A DNA stretch of 56,330 nucleotides from Planctomycetia bacterium. Lineage in GTDB: Bacteria > Planctomycetota > JAJSAM01 > JAJVHW01. The translations under genes were made by a program, and so were the position numbers. The stretch covers positions 1 through 56,330 of the forward strand of contig JANNHP010000127.1 in the NCBI GenBank assembly GCA_031404455.1. The letters are read 5' to 3'. Every line of letters starts with the position of its first letter. Position 1 is the stretch's first letter. The notes beneath the pieces are model-generated. The model did no database searches. It had not been told where the DNA came from and saw only the letters and a program-made list of their open reading frames with translations. Positions 29,974 to 40,445 of the stretch are shown one piece after another.

Positions 29974-30750
29974 ATGAACTCCAAGCTTCGTTCGCTCGTT
30001 CTCGGTGCGGTCTGCCTCGTCGCCGGACTCGGCTTCGCGAGCACCGCCGAAGCCGGGACCATCACGCTCGGATACGGGCCGGGTCAGTACTCGAGCAACG
30101 GCGGCGGCGAGTTCAAGGTGACGCAGTTCTCCGGCTCGGGCGTTCCGACGCAGGGCGCCGGAGTCCAGATCTCGGGCGGCTACTTCCAGACGTTCTGCCT
30201 GGAGCAGAGCGAGACGTTCTCTCCGGGCGCGACCTACAACTGGACGCTGTCCGACGCGGCGCACGCGGGCGGCGGCAGCGCCGCGCGCGGCGCCCAGCAG
30301 GACGCGAACGGCAACTGGTTCGACCCGGTCGGATCGGCGACGGCCTTCCTCTACACGCAGTTCTGGCAGGGGACGCTCTCGTGGACGGACAGCGCGGGCG
30401 CCCTCAAGCTCTACGACTACACCGTCGGCTCCGGTCGCGCCGCCTCCGCGGACGCGCTGCAGAAGGCGATCTGGTACCTCGAGAACGAACAGTCGCTCTC
30501 GCAGATCGGGGGCACGAACTCCGACGCCTACCGTCTGGTCCTCGCCGCACAGAGCGCCATCGACAGCGGGATCTGGAGCGGGGTCGGCAACGTCCGCGTG
30601 CTCACGCTGACCGACAGTTCCGGCGGCTTCCGCCAGGACCAGTTGTTCATGGTGCCGCTGCCTCCGGCCGCGTCGCTCGGCTTCGTGCTCCTCGCGGGCC
30701 TCGCCGCCGCCGGCGCCGTGCGCCGGCGCCGCGCGCTCGCCACCGCCTGA
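29974..30750 (+). CDS. Secreted protein with PEP-CTERM/VPLPA-type sorting signal
   Basis: Signal peptide; GGGEF..., FQTFCLE, ALQKAIWYLE; C-terminal VPLPPAASLGFVLLAGLAAAGAVRRRR. Confidence 0.85.
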   Translation: MNSKLRSLVLGAVCLVAGLGFASTAEAGTITLGYGPGQYSSNGGGEFKVTQFSGSGVPTQGAGVQISGGYFQTFCLEQSETFSPGATYNWTLSDAAHAGGGSAARGAQQDANGNWFDPVGSATAFLYTQFWQGTLSWTDSAGALKLYDYTVGSGRAASADALQKAIWYLENEQSLSQIGGTNSDAYRLVLAAQSAIDSGIWSGVGNVRVLTLTDSSGGFRQDQLFMVPLPPAASLGFVLLAGLAAAGAVRRRRALATA

Positions 30751-30776
30751 TCGGCGACTCCTTCTCGTCACCCGGC

Positions 30777-30810
30777 AAAGGGCCGCGCGGACATTCGCGC
30801 GGCCCCTTTC
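30777..30810 (+). terminator. Rho-independent terminator-like hairpin
   Basis: AAA-GGGCCGCGCG-gacatt-CGCGCGGCCC-CTTTC. Confidence 0.65.
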
Positions 30811-30922
30811 GATTCGGGAACCGGCCCGCTCGGCGCGGACTGCCCGTCCGCGATCTCTCGGACGGTCTGCGGTGCGCCGCTAGGATCCTCGAATCGACTT
30901 TCGCCTACCCTTCGAGGTCCCC

Positions 30923-32764
30923 ATGACTCCCCCCTCGGCGGTCGAGACCGCATCCCCTGGAGCCCAGACGGCCATGGTGGTGAACGACTTCACGATCCTC
31001 GTCGCCACCGTGAACGGCACGGGGAGCCAGACGTCCAACAACACCCTGATCCGCACGATCATGGGAATGGGCGTCCCGGTCGCCGGCCGCAACATCTTCC
31101 CCAGCAACATCTACGGGCTGCCCACCTGGTACGCGATCCGCGTGTGCCAGGACGGCTGGAGCGGCCGCCAGCGCAAGGCGAACGTGCTGATCGCGATGAA
31201 CCTCGCGACCGCGCACGACGACGTGGCCAAAGCCGCCGCCGGCGCCGCGGTCATCTACGACCAGCCGATGGGCCTCGACACGCTGCGCAAGGACCTCGTG
31301 TACTACCCGGTGCCCTTCGCCAAGCTCGTGAAGGAGGCGTGCCCGGACAAGCCGGCGCTCTGGAAGCTCGTCACGAACATGGTCTACGTGGGCGTCGCGG
31401 CGCAGCTCCTCGGGCTCGACATGACGTCCGTCGAGGCGGCGCTCGCGAAGGCATTCGGCAGCAAGCCGAAGGCGCTCTCCGTGAACCAGGCCGCGGTCCG
31501 CGTCGGCGCGAAGTGGGCGGCGGAGAACCTGAAGAAGCGCGACCCGTACCGTGTCGAGCCCCGCAACCTCACGTCGGGCAAGATCCTCATCGACGGCAAC
31601 TCCGCGTCGGCGCTCGGCGCACTCATGGCCGGATGCACCGTGCTCACGTGGTACCCGATCACGCCTTCGTCCTCGCTCGCCGAGTCGCTCCAGGACTACT
31701 TCACCAAGTACAGGAGGACCGCGAGCGGCGAGCAGCGCTACGCGGTCGTGCAGGCCGAGGACGAACTCGCCGCCGTCGGCATGGCGATCGGCGCGGGCTG
31801 GGCGGGTGCGCGGTCCATGACCACGACGTCGGGCCCCGGCATCTCGCTGATGAGCGAGTTCATCGGGCTCGCGTACTACGCCGAGATCCCGGTCGTCATC
31901 ATCGACGTGCAGCGCGTGGGGCCCTCGACCGGCCTTCCGACGCGCACGATGCAGGGCGACCTCCTCTTCACCGCGTACAACTCGCACGGCGACACGAAGC
32001 ACCCGCTCCTCTTCCCCACCTCCGCGCAGGAGGCCTACGAGATGACGATGGTCGCCTTCGACATCGCGGAGCGTTTCCAGACGCCGACGTTCCTGATGCT
32101 CGACCTCGAGCTCGGCATGAACAACTGGCTCTGCGATCCTTTCCCGTACCCCGTCGGCGACATCGACCGCGGCAAGGTGCTGACGAAGGCCGACATCGAA
32201 CGCCTCGGAGCGAACGGCTGGGGCCGCTACAAGGACGTCGACGGCGACGGCATCCCGTACCGCACGCTCCCCGGCACCGAGATCGACGGCGCCGCCTACT
32301 TCACGCGCGGCACGGGCCACGACGAGCAGGCGCGCTACACCGAGGACAGCGCGGCCTACAAGCGCAACCTCGACCGCCTGCTGAAGAAGTGGGAGACGCT
32401 CCGCAACGCGGTACCCGGCCCGGTCCTCTCCCCTGCGAAGTCGCCCACCCGCGTCGGGCTCGTGGCGCTCGGCACGACGCACTGGCCCATCGAGGAGGCG
32501 CGCGCCACTCTGCGCGGCAAGGGCGTCGAGTTCGACTACATGCGCCTGCGCGCCTTCCCCTTCGCCGACGCCGTCCGCGACTTCTTCGCGAGCCACGACC
32601 GCGTGTACGTGATCGAGGAGAACCGCGACGGGCAGATGGCGGCGATGCTCCGGATCGAGATCCCCGAGACCTCCGACAAGATCAAGAGCGTGCTCCACTA
32701 CGACGGCCTCCCGCTCGACGCTGAGACGGTCGTCGAAGAGATCCTCGCGCACGAGACCCGGTAG
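30923..32764 (+). CDS. korA: 2-oxoacid:ferredoxin oxidoreductase alpha subunit
   Basis: VNGTGSQ, NIFPSNI.GLPTWY, WYPITPSS, QAEDELAA, TTTSGPGISLM, VQRVGPSTGLPT; substrate specificity uncertain. Confidence 0.9.
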   Translation: MTPPSAVETASPGAQTAMVVNDFTILVATVNGTGSQTSNNTLIRTIMGMGVPVAGRNIFPSNIYGLPTWYAIRVCQDGWSGRQRKANVLIAMNLATAHDDVAKAAAGAAVIYDQPMGLDTLRKDLVYYPVPFAKLVKEACPDKPALWKLVTNMVYVGVAAQLLGLDMTSVEAALAKAFGSKPKALSVNQAAVRVGAKWAAENLKKRDPYRVEPRNLTSGKILIDGNSASALGALMAGCTVLTWYPITPSSSLAESLQDYFTKYRRTASGEQRYAVVQAEDELAAVGMAIGAGWAGARSMTTTSGPGISLMSEFIGLAYYAEIPVVIIDVQRVGPSTGLPTRTMQGDLLFTAYNSHGDTKHPLLFPTSAQEAYEMTMVAFDIAERFQTPTFLMLDLELGMNNWLCDPFPYPVGDIDRGKVLTKADIERLGANGWGRYKDVDGDGIPYRTLPGTEIDGAAYFTRGTGHDEQARYTEDSAAYKRNLDRLLKKWETLRNAVPGPVLSPAKSPTRVGLVALGTTHWPIEEARATLRGKGVEFDYMRLRAFPFADAVRDFFASHDRVYVIEENRDGQMAAMLRIEIPETSDKIKSVLHYDGLPLDAETVVEEILAHETR

Positions 32765-32774
32765 GAGTCCCCCG

Positions 32775-33833
32775 ATGACCACCTCCATCCCCGTCCCCTC
32801 CGGCGCCTCCTCCGCCCCGAAGGTCAACAACCTCGGACTCGCGAAGAAGGACTACGACGGCGTCGCCTCCACGCTCTGCAACGGCTGCGGACACGACGCG
32901 ATCACCGCGGCGCTGATCCAGGCGCTGTGGGAAGACGGCATGAACCCCTACAAGGTCGCGAAGATGAGCGGCATCGGCTGCTCGTCGAAGACGACCGCGT
33001 ACTTCCTCTCGAAGGCCTGGGGCTTCAACGCGGTCCACGGGCGCATGCCGTCGGTCGCGACGGGCGCGCTGCTCGCGAACCGCACTCTCATCGGCGTCGG
33101 CGTCTCCGGCGACGGCGACACGGCCTCGATCGGCATCGGCCAGTTCGTCCACGCGGTGCGGCGCAACGTGCCGCTCACGTACGTCGTCGAGAACAACGGC
33201 GTCTACGGCCTGACGAAGGGCCAGTTCAGCGCGACGTCCGAGAAGGGCGCGAAATCGAAGTACGGCGACGTCAACCCGAGCGAGGGCATCGACCTCTGCT
33301 CGCTGGCACTCGAGCTCGGCGCCACGTTCGTCGCGCGCAGTTTCTCCGCCGACAAGAAGCAGCTCGTCCCGTTGCTCAAGGCCGCGCTCAAGCACCGCGG
33401 CATCGCGATCGTGGACGTGATCTCGCCCTGCGTCACCTTCAACAACCACCCCGACTCGACGAAGTCGTACGACTGGGGCCGCGAGCACGAGAAGCAGATC
33501 CACGAGATCGGCTACGTGAACCCGTGGGACCCGCAGGACGTGGACTACCCCGCGGGCGAGCGCATCGAGGTGGCCATGCCCGACGGCGGCCGCATCCTCG
33601 TGCGCAAGATCGACCGCGACTACGACCCGCGGGACCGCCGCGCCGCGGACCGCCTGCTCGCCGACGCGCGCGAGAAGGGCGAGTTCCTCACCGGCCTCTT
33701 CTACGTGTCCGCGGACACGCCGAACCTCCTCGACATGCTGAGCCTCCCCGAGACGCCGCTCGCGTACCTGCAGCAAGCCGATCTCCGCCCGGGCCGCGAG
33801 GCTCTCGACGAGGTGATGGAGTCGTTCCGCTGA
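32775..33833 (+). CDS. korB: 2-oxoacid:ferredoxin oxidoreductase beta subunit
   Basis: LCNGCGH, SGIGCSS, VHGRMP, GDGDTASIG, NNGVYGLTKGQFS, SPCVTFN. Confidence 0.9.
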   Translation: MTTSIPVPSGASSAPKVNNLGLAKKDYDGVASTLCNGCGHDAITAALIQALWEDGMNPYKVAKMSGIGCSSKTTAYFLSKAWGFNAVHGRMPSVATGALLANRTLIGVGVSGDGDTASIGIGQFVHAVRRNVPLTYVVENNGVYGLTKGQFSATSEKGAKSKYGDVNPSEGIDLCSLALELGATFVARSFSADKKQLVPLLKAALKHRGIAIVDVISPCVTFNNHPDSTKSYDWGREHEKQIHEIGYVNPWDPQDVDYPAGERIEVAMPDGGRILVRKIDRDYDPRDRRAADRLLADAREKGEFLTGLFYVSADTPNLLDMLSLPETPLAYLQQADLRPGREALDEVMESFR

Positions 33834-33863
33834 AAGTTCTCGCGGAGGCCGCGAGAACTTTCA
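33831..33863 (+). terminator. 15-bp perfect hairpin starting at the korB stop codon
   Basis: TGAAAGTTCTCGCGG-agg-CCGCGAGAACTTTCA. Confidence 0.6.
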
Positions 33864-33973
33864 CTAGCCCTCGATGGCCGGCGCGCGCGCGACCTCCGAT
33901 GGCACCGCCCACCGCGAGACCGTCCGCGTGAGGCGTAAGAAGGGGTCGGGTCGACTGCTTCCGCTTCCTCGGA

Positions 33974-34771
33974 TCAGCGCGGCAGCGTCGCCACGAACTC
34001 GCGCACGGCGCGGTTGAAGGCCTCGGGCTGCTCGTAGTTCGGCAGGTGGCCCGCGTCGGGGATGAGCGACAGCCTCGCCCCCGGGATGCCGTCGCGGAGC
34101 GACTCCGACTCCTTCGGCGGGATGAGCGTGTCCGCCGCCCCGCAGACGACGAGCGTCGGCACCGCGATCCGGGCGTTCGACGGTCCCGAGTCCGGGCGGT
34201 CCCGCATCGCGGCGAGCGCCGCGACGACTCCGTCCACGGACTGCGAACTCATCAGATCGAGGAGCGATCGGCGCATCGCGGGGTTCGCGCGCGCCGTCTC
34301 CGGCGTCAGCATCTTGTCGATCATCTGTGCCGCGACGGCGCCCGTGCCCTCGGCGCGCGCGAGCGCGGCGGCGGTGTCGCGGGCCTTCCTCGCCTCCGGC
34401 GAATCGGGGCCGGCGCGCGTGTCCACGAGCACGAGGCCGCGGACGCGACTCGCGAACCCGCGCTGGAACGCCATCGTCACGTAGCCGCCCATCGACACGC
34501 CGCCGATCACCGCGGTGTCGATGCGAAGCGCCTCGAGGAGTCCGGCGACGCCCGCCGCGTACGTGTCCATCGACGTCGCGCCGCGCGACGCCGGCGTGTC
34601 GCCGAAGCCGGGCAGGTCCGGCGCGATGACGCGCGCGACGTCCGCGAGTCCGCGCACCTGCGCCGCCCAGATCCTGCGGTCGAGCGGGAACCCGTGGACG
34701 AGCACGAGCGGGGTGCCCGGTCCGCCCGTGTCGTCGTACGCCGTCGCTGTCCCTCGAACGTCGATCCGCAT
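33974..34771 (-). CDS. Alpha/beta-fold hydrolase
   Basis: LVHGFP, PDLPGFG, GVSMGG nucleophile, D.LIP, AGHLPNYEQP; GGAGGAG RBS before ATG 34771. Confidence 0.9.
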   Translation of the reverse strand: MRIDVRGTATAYDDTGGPGTPLVLVHGFPLDRRIWAAQVRGLADVARVIAPDLPGFGDTPASRGATSMDTYAAGVAGLLEALRIDTAVIGGVSMGGYVTMAFQRGFASRVRGLVLVDTRAGPDSPEARKARDTAAALARAEGTGAVAAQMIDKMLTPETARANPAMRRSLLDLMSSQSVDGVVAALAAMRDRPDSGPSNARIAVPTLVVCGAADTLIPPKESESLRDGIPGARLSLIPDAGHLPNYEQPEAFNRAVREFVATLPR

Positions 34772-34878
34772 CGTCTCCTCCGCGCCGCCGGGACTCGGCG
34801 ACGCCAGAGGGTACGGCGCGGCACCTCGCATCTCCATGGGTTGGAACCCGTGGCCGCGACCGACTACCGTGGCCGCCC

Positions 34879-36115
34879 GTGACCGAGAAGCCCCGCCGCG
34901 GACTCGTCGCGCGTCTGCGCGACGCCCACGAGCGCCACACGAAGCGCCATCAGCCGACCGGCTTCGAGTTCGCGTTCGCCGAGCGCATCTCCGGCGTCGA
35001 CGGCGCGCACTGGGACGGGCTGACCGGCGGCGCCACGGTCTTCTCGTCGCGCGCGTACCTCGCGGCGCTCGACGGCGCGGCGCCGTCGAACGTGCGCACG
35101 CGTTACGCGATCGCCTACCGGAACGGCGCCCCGGCGGTCGGCCTCGCGATGCAGCTCGCGCGCGTCGCCGTGGAGGACGTCGCGCCCCGCCGCGCCGAGA
35201 AGAACGAGTGCCTGCCGTACGCGCCGAGCATCCCCTGGCGTCGCGCGATCCGTCCGCGGGTGCTCGTCTGCGGGAACCTCCTCGCCTGGGGGAGCCACGG
35301 CGTCCGCCGCGCGCCCGGCGTGTCGCTCGCCGACGCGTGGCCCGCCGTCGCGGACGCGCTCCGCCGCGTCCGGCGCGCGGAGGGGCTGACCCGGCAGGCC
35401 GATTTCATCCTCGTGAAGGACCTCACCGAGCCGGACGCGGCGGGGCGTCGAGTCGCTCGAGACCTACAGCTACCGTCCGTTCGAGACCGAACCGGACATG
35501 GTGCTCGACCTCCCCGAGACGTGCGCGACGCTCGGCGACTACCTCGCCCTCTTCCGCGGGAAGTACAAGAAGGCGGCGAAGTCGGTGCTCACCTCCACGG
35601 AGCGCGCGGGCTATCGCGTGGAAGAGATCCGCGACCTCGCCCCGCACGCGGCGCGTCTCCACGAGCTCTACCTCGAAGTCCACGCCAACGCGGACTTCCG
35701 GCCGTTCACGCTGTCCCCCGACTACCTCCCTCGGATGTCCGCGGCCCTCGGCGATGCGTTCCGTTGCGTCGGTCTCTCGAAGGACGGTGTCCTCGCGGGC
35801 TTCGTGACCGTGGTGAAGGACGGGACGACCGCGGTCGGCTACTACCTGGGCTACGACCGCGCCGCGAACGAGACGTCGCCGCTCTACTTCCGCCTGCTCT
35901 ACGCCGCCGTCGAGGCGTCGCTCGCGATGGGCTGCCGCCGGATCTCGTTCGGCCGCACCGCGCTCGAGCCGAAGTCCCGCCTCGGCGCACGGCCCGTCCC
36001 GCTCTCGTGCTGGGTCCGGCACCGGGTGCCCGTCGTGAACGTGGCGCTCCGGTGCTGGCTCGGCGACATCCCGCACGACGTCGCGCCCGACCGCTCGCCG
36101 TTCCGCGAGGAGTGA
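34879..36115 (+). pseudogene. GNAT/FemAB-like N-acetyltransferase, split by a +1 frameshift at ~35442-35445
   Basis: Frame 1 ...CGNLLAWGSHG...ADFILVKDLTEPDAAG continues in another frame as VESLETYSYRPFETEPDMVLDL...YYLGYD...LYFRLL...ISFGRTALEPK. One surplus G sits in a GGGG run. Confidence 0.8.
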
Positions 36116-36186
36116 GTCCGCGCGCCCTTCCGCGGGTGAGGGCGTGGTAGAAACCTCCCTTCGTCCCAGGACGGAGGAGGCGCTCG

Positions 36187-37608
36187 ATGCGACGTTCGAT
36201 GCTCGCCCTTGGATTCGCGGCGCTCGCGGCGTCGATCGCGTCGGCCGACGACGCGCCCGCGACGGTGCCCGCGACGGTGACCGCCGCGAAGGAGGAGGTG
36301 GCCTTCCACCTCGATCTCACCGGCGCCTTCGACGCGAAGGACGCCGTCGAGGTCGCGTTCAAGCCGCAGGCTTGGGGCGAAGAAGTCGAGGTCGAGGAGT
36401 TCCGTCCGCCGGGCCCGGTCGCCGCGGGCGATCTGCTCATCCGCTTCAAGACCGAGAAGATCGACGACCTCTTGCGCGCCGCGGAGCGCGACCTCGGCAT
36501 CTCGCGCGCCGCCTACGCGACGCAGTTGGAGGACGCGACGCGTCAACTCGAGACGACGTCCGCCGGTCTCGCGAAGGTCCAGTTCGACGCGAAGAACGCC
36601 GCAGAGGCGCTGGAGCGCTTCGAGAAGATCGAGATGCCGCTGCGCCTCGAGGAGGCCGACCACCAGCTCCAGGGCATGCGGAACTGGGTCACCGACCAGA
36701 CCGAGGAGCTCACACAGCTCGAGAAGATGTACAAGGCCGACGACCTGACGGAGGAGACCGAGGACATCGTGCTGAAGCGCGCGCGGCGCGACCTCGACCG
36801 CACGAGGAAGTCGCTCGACTTCATGACGCGCCGCGACAAGACGATGCGCGAGGCCGACCTTCCGCGCGAGCACGAGGCGCTGAAGCTCGAGGCGCGCCGC
36901 AGCGGCGCCGAGCGCGACCGCGTCGTCTCCGTCACCTCGCTGCAGCAGGCGCAGTCGAAGCTCGAGATCGAGCGCGCGAAGGCGAACCTCGAGAAGCAGG
37001 AGCGCGACTTCGCGAAGCTGACGGCCGACCGCGCGCTCTTCGAGCTGAAGGCCCCCGCCGCCGGCGCCGCGGTCCCGGGGATCCTCACGCGCGGCAAGTG
37101 GCAGAACGCCGACGACGTGAAGCGCGCGATGAGGAAGGGCGGCAAGTTCGGGCCCGGCACGGTGCTCTTCACCATCCTGAAGTCGGAGGGCGCCCGCATC
37201 GTCACGTCCGTGAACGAGACGCAGCTCTCGTGGATCCGCCCGGGCCAGGACGCCAAGGTCGTCGCGACGCAGGCGGGCGTCGCGCCGTGGACGGCGAAGG
37301 TCGCCGCGGTGAGCCCATTCACGTCGAGCGGCGAGTACGCGGCGGAGCTCGACCCCACCGACCGTCCGAGCGGACTCATCGGCATGACGTGCAAGATCCG
37401 CGTCGAGACCGGCAAGCGATCCGCGATCCTCGTCCCGCAGACGGCGGTCGAGGACGGCGGCTTCGACAAGTGGGTCCACGTGATCGGCGGCGACGGCAAG
37501 CCCGCGCGGCGCGAGGTCGTCCTCGGACAGCCCTACGACGAACGCGTCGAGATCGCGTCGGGACTCTCCGTGGGCGACAAGATCCTCGCCGCCGCGCCGA
37601 AGAAGTGA
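36187..37608 (+). CDS. HlyD/RND-type periplasmic adaptor (membrane fusion) protein
   Basis: Signal peptide, lipoyl halves (GPVAAGDLLIRF; ELKAPAAG), long coiled coil, IRPGQDAKV, GMTCKIRV, ILVPQTAV, SGLSVGDKI. Confidence 0.8.
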   Translation: MRRSMLALGFAALAASIASADDAPATVPATVTAAKEEVAFHLDLTGAFDAKDAVEVAFKPQAWGEEVEVEEFRPPGPVAAGDLLIRFKTEKIDDLLRAAERDLGISRAAYATQLEDATRQLETTSAGLAKVQFDAKNAAEALERFEKIEMPLRLEEADHQLQGMRNWVTDQTEELTQLEKMYKADDLTEETEDIVLKRARRDLDRTRKSLDFMTRRDKTMREADLPREHEALKLEARRSGAERDRVVSVTSLQQAQSKLEIERAKANLEKQERDFAKLTADRALFELKAPAAGAAVPGILTRGKWQNADDVKRAMRKGGKFGPGTVLFTILKSEGARIVTSVNETQLSWIRPGQDAKVVATQAGVAPWTAKVAAVSPFTSSGEYAAELDPTDRPSGLIGMTCKIRVETGKRSAILVPQTAVEDGGFDKWVHVIGGDGKPARREVVLGQPYDERVEIASGLSVGDKILAAAPKK

Positions 37609-37609
37609 G

Positions 37610-38728
37610 ATGAGGCGTCCGCTCGTCTCTGCGCTCGTGCTCACGGCGCTCGCCGCGTGCGGGCCCCCATCGACGCAACCGTCGAAACCGCCGACCCCGG
37701 CCGAGATGGCGATCGACCGCGGCGTCGCGTACCTCGTCGGCGCCCAGAACAAGGACGGTTCGTGGGGATCGCCTGCGAGCACGCTGATCGACATCTACGC
37801 GCCGGTACCCGGGTCGTTCCCGACGTTTCAGGTCGCTGCGACGGCGCTCGCCGTCGCGGGACTCGTCGAGACCGCGGACGGCAAGCCCGGCGCGGCCGAC
37901 GCGATCCGCCGCGGCGCGGACTTCCTCCTCGCGCACCACGCGGTGAAGCGCGTGTCGGCGGACACGCTCTACAACATCTGGACGCACGCGTACGCCGTCG
38001 AGGCGTTCGCGCACCTCTTCGACCACGAGAAGGACCCGGCGCGGCGCGCGGCCTACGTGAGAGGCATGGAGGAGGCGGCGGCTCTCCTCGACCGCTACGA
38101 GAGCGTGGACGGCGGCTGGGGCTACTACGACGACTTCCACACGAAGATCCCCGGCCACTGGACGACGAGCTTCAGCACGGCGACGGGGCTCGTCGCTCTC
38201 AAGATGGCGAAGGACCGCGGTGCCAAGATCCCCGACCGGCTCGTGCCGCGCGGGATCAGGATCGTGGAGGCGTGCCGCTTCCCGAACGATGCGTTCGCGT
38301 ACGCGATCGACCACTACCGGCGTCCGCAGCACCCCATCAACAAGATCAAGGGAAGCCTCGCGCGCACGCCCGCGTGCCTCTTGGCGCTCGACGACTGGGG
38401 CAAGGACGTCTCGCCGGAGCGCGCGCTCGCGGCGCTCGACAACCTGGCGAAGGACGGCCGCTTCCTGCAGATCGCCCGCAAGTACCCGATCCCTCACGAG
38501 ACCTGGTACTTCAACTCCGGCTACTTCTGCTTCTACGGCTACTACTACGCGAGCCGTCTGATCGCTCTCGCGCCCGAGTCGTCGCGCGCCCGGCACAAGG
38601 AGTCGATCGCGAAGTACCTCGTGTCCGTCCAGGAGAAGGACGGCTCGTTCTGGGACTACCAACTCTACGGCTATCACAAGGCCTACGGCACGGGCTACGT
38701 GCTGCTGACGCTCGCGTACTGCCGGTAA
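37610..38728 (+). CDS. Prenyltransferase/squalene-oxidase-repeat lipoprotein
   Basis: Lipobox LAAC; AIDRGVAYLVGAQNKDGSWG, DGGWGYY, YLVSVQEKDGSFW. Confidence 0.82.
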   Translation: MRRPLVSALVLTALAACGPPSTQPSKPPTPAEMAIDRGVAYLVGAQNKDGSWGSPASTLIDIYAPVPGSFPTFQVAATALAVAGLVETADGKPGAADAIRRGADFLLAHHAVKRVSADTLYNIWTHAYAVEAFAHLFDHEKDPARRAAYVRGMEEAAALLDRYESVDGGWGYYDDFHTKIPGHWTTSFSTATGLVALKMAKDRGAKIPDRLVPRGIRIVEACRFPNDAFAYAIDHYRRPQHPINKIKGSLARTPACLLALDDWGKDVSPERALAALDNLAKDGRFLQIARKYPIPHETWYFNSGYFCFYGYYYASRLIALAPESSRARHKESIAKYLVSVQEKDGSFWDYQLYGYHKAYGTGYVLLTLAYCR

Positions 38729-38756
38729 AAAGGGGTCGGGTGCGTTCTTACCGCTT
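38727..38756. repeat. REP-like element, GGGTCGGGT family
   Basis: AAAAAGGGGTCGGGTGCGTTCTTACCGCTT, 28/30 identical to 42999-43028; related sequence at 33937-33967. Confidence 0.75.
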
Positions 38757-38796
38757 CGCGGTGTGGCATGATGCCGGCGCGAGGGAGGGAACGCCG

Positions 38797-40161
38797 ATGC
38801 AGGACACGATCAGCAGCGTCTTCCTGGCGGGCCGCGAAGGACACGCGCGCCTCCGGCAGTTCGCGAGGATGGTGCTGGCGCTCGCCGCGATTCTCCACCT
38901 GACCGCGTTCGTCGGCTACACGCGGACTGTTCACGACGCGGACGCGGCGAAGGCCGCGCTCGCGCGACTCGCGGGCGCCGCGAAGGCGGCCGAGACGGTC
39001 GAGCGAGACCTTCGCGCCTTCGAGGCGGCGCTCGCTCCCCGAGTGAAGGAGATCCTCGGAACCCTGCTCGCCGCTCTGCAGCACGACTTCGCTGAGCTCG
39101 GCGCCGCGGTCAGCGACTTCGTCCGCCCGGACCTGAAGGCGAGCTCCCCGAGGGATGCGCCGCGGCCGAGGATCGAGATCCAGCAGAGTCCGATCGCCGA
39201 GCCCGAGGTCTCGCAGGTGCGGCGCCGCCTCGAGGGCGCCGCGATCCAGTCGAAGATCCGCGCGGTGAAGTCGAACGAGGAACTGCGCGCGGCGCTCGAC
39301 CCGATCATCGCGGAGACGATCGTGAAGCGGCGCTTCGACGAAGCGAACGCGGCGTGGACGTCGCACGTCGCCGGGACGGTCCGTCCGCTCGCCGCCGCGG
39401 CCGTGCGATCGATCGGCGACACCGCGACGAGATCCGGCACGTCGGATCTGCCCTGGCCCGATCTCGTCGCCGCCGTCGAGCGCTGCGCCTCGGCGGCCGA
39501 GCGCATGCGCTTCGCTCCTCCCGCCGAGGGCGACTGGTGGCGGACCCGCTCCGGGAAGATGGGCGTGATCGACGCGCTCGAGCACGAGGCAGCGAAGCAA
39601 CTCGTGGACGGCCACCAGGCCGCTGCGCTCTCCGGCGAGTTCAAGTCCACGGCCGACGCCGCGCGCGCGGAGGCCCAGAGGCTCGAGGAGGAGTACGCCG
39701 CGCGCGTCGTCGCCGTGGAGGAGCAGGCGAAGCGGCAGATCGAGGCGATCGCGGAACTCGCGAAGCCGCTAGGCTTCGTCGCCGTGGACATCGGCTCGCT
39801 CGCGCGCTGGTTCCCGCTCGTGATCGGGATGGCGCTCGCGGTCGCCGTGCTGCTCGGCACCGAGGCGCGCCGCGGATACCGCGACGCACTCGACGTCGTC
39901 GAGTCGGCAGCGCGCGACGACGAAGCGTGGAAGCGGGTGGTCGCGCAGGCGAGGGCGTCGCTCGGCCGGGGGATGTCGCCGTGGGCGCGCTGGATCGGCG
40001 TCGCGGTGATCTGGGCCGGCCTCGCGGCCTGGCGCCTCGCGTCGCTCGACCAGGCGACGACCGGCCACGCCGCGGTCGTCGCGGCTGCCGGCGTCGCGGT
40101 CGTGGCCACCGCGGTCCTCCACCGGGCGGGCACGGAGGCCGCGCCGCGAGCGGCGTCGTAG
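38797..40161 (+). CDS. Hypothetical membrane protein (N-terminal TM, helical domain, three C-terminal TMs)
   Basis: GGGAGGGA RBS, ATG 38797; host-like GC3. Confidence 0.7.
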   Translation: MQDTISSVFLAGREGHARLRQFARMVLALAAILHLTAFVGYTRTVHDADAAKAALARLAGAAKAAETVERDLRAFEAALAPRVKEILGTLLAALQHDFAELGAAVSDFVRPDLKASSPRDAPRPRIEIQQSPIAEPEVSQVRRRLEGAAIQSKIRAVKSNEELRAALDPIIAETIVKRRFDEANAAWTSHVAGTVRPLAAAAVRSIGDTATRSGTSDLPWPDLVAAVERCASAAERMRFAPPAEGDWWRTRSGKMGVIDALEHEAAKQLVDGHQAAALSGEFKSTADAARAEAQRLEEEYAARVVAVEEQAKRQIEAIAELAKPLGFVAVDIGSLARWFPLVIGMALAVAVLLGTEARRGYRDALDVVESAARDDEAWKRVVAQARASLGRGMSPWARWIGVAVIWAGLAAWRLASLDQATTGHAAVVAAAGVAVVATAVLHRAGTEAAPRAAS

Positions 40162-40445
40162 ACGCAAGCGGTGAGAACGGGCAGTGTGGTGTACCGTGCC
40201 ATCAGGCCCGGTTGAGGGCTCGGGCGCCACACTTCGGCCCTCGTTCGCGAATCTCGGCGGCCAGGCCGCAGTCACGAGGGGACGGATGCGAGTCTCCAGC
40301 GTACCTGGGTCAGATTGGCGCGACTGGTGCGCCGAATCGGGCCTGGCACGGTGGACCAACGCGATTGCCGGGAATGCGGGACCCGGCGCACCGGTTGCCC
40401 CGTCCTGGCGTCGCGCTGCACTCGCGTGCGAGCGACTCGCCCGGA

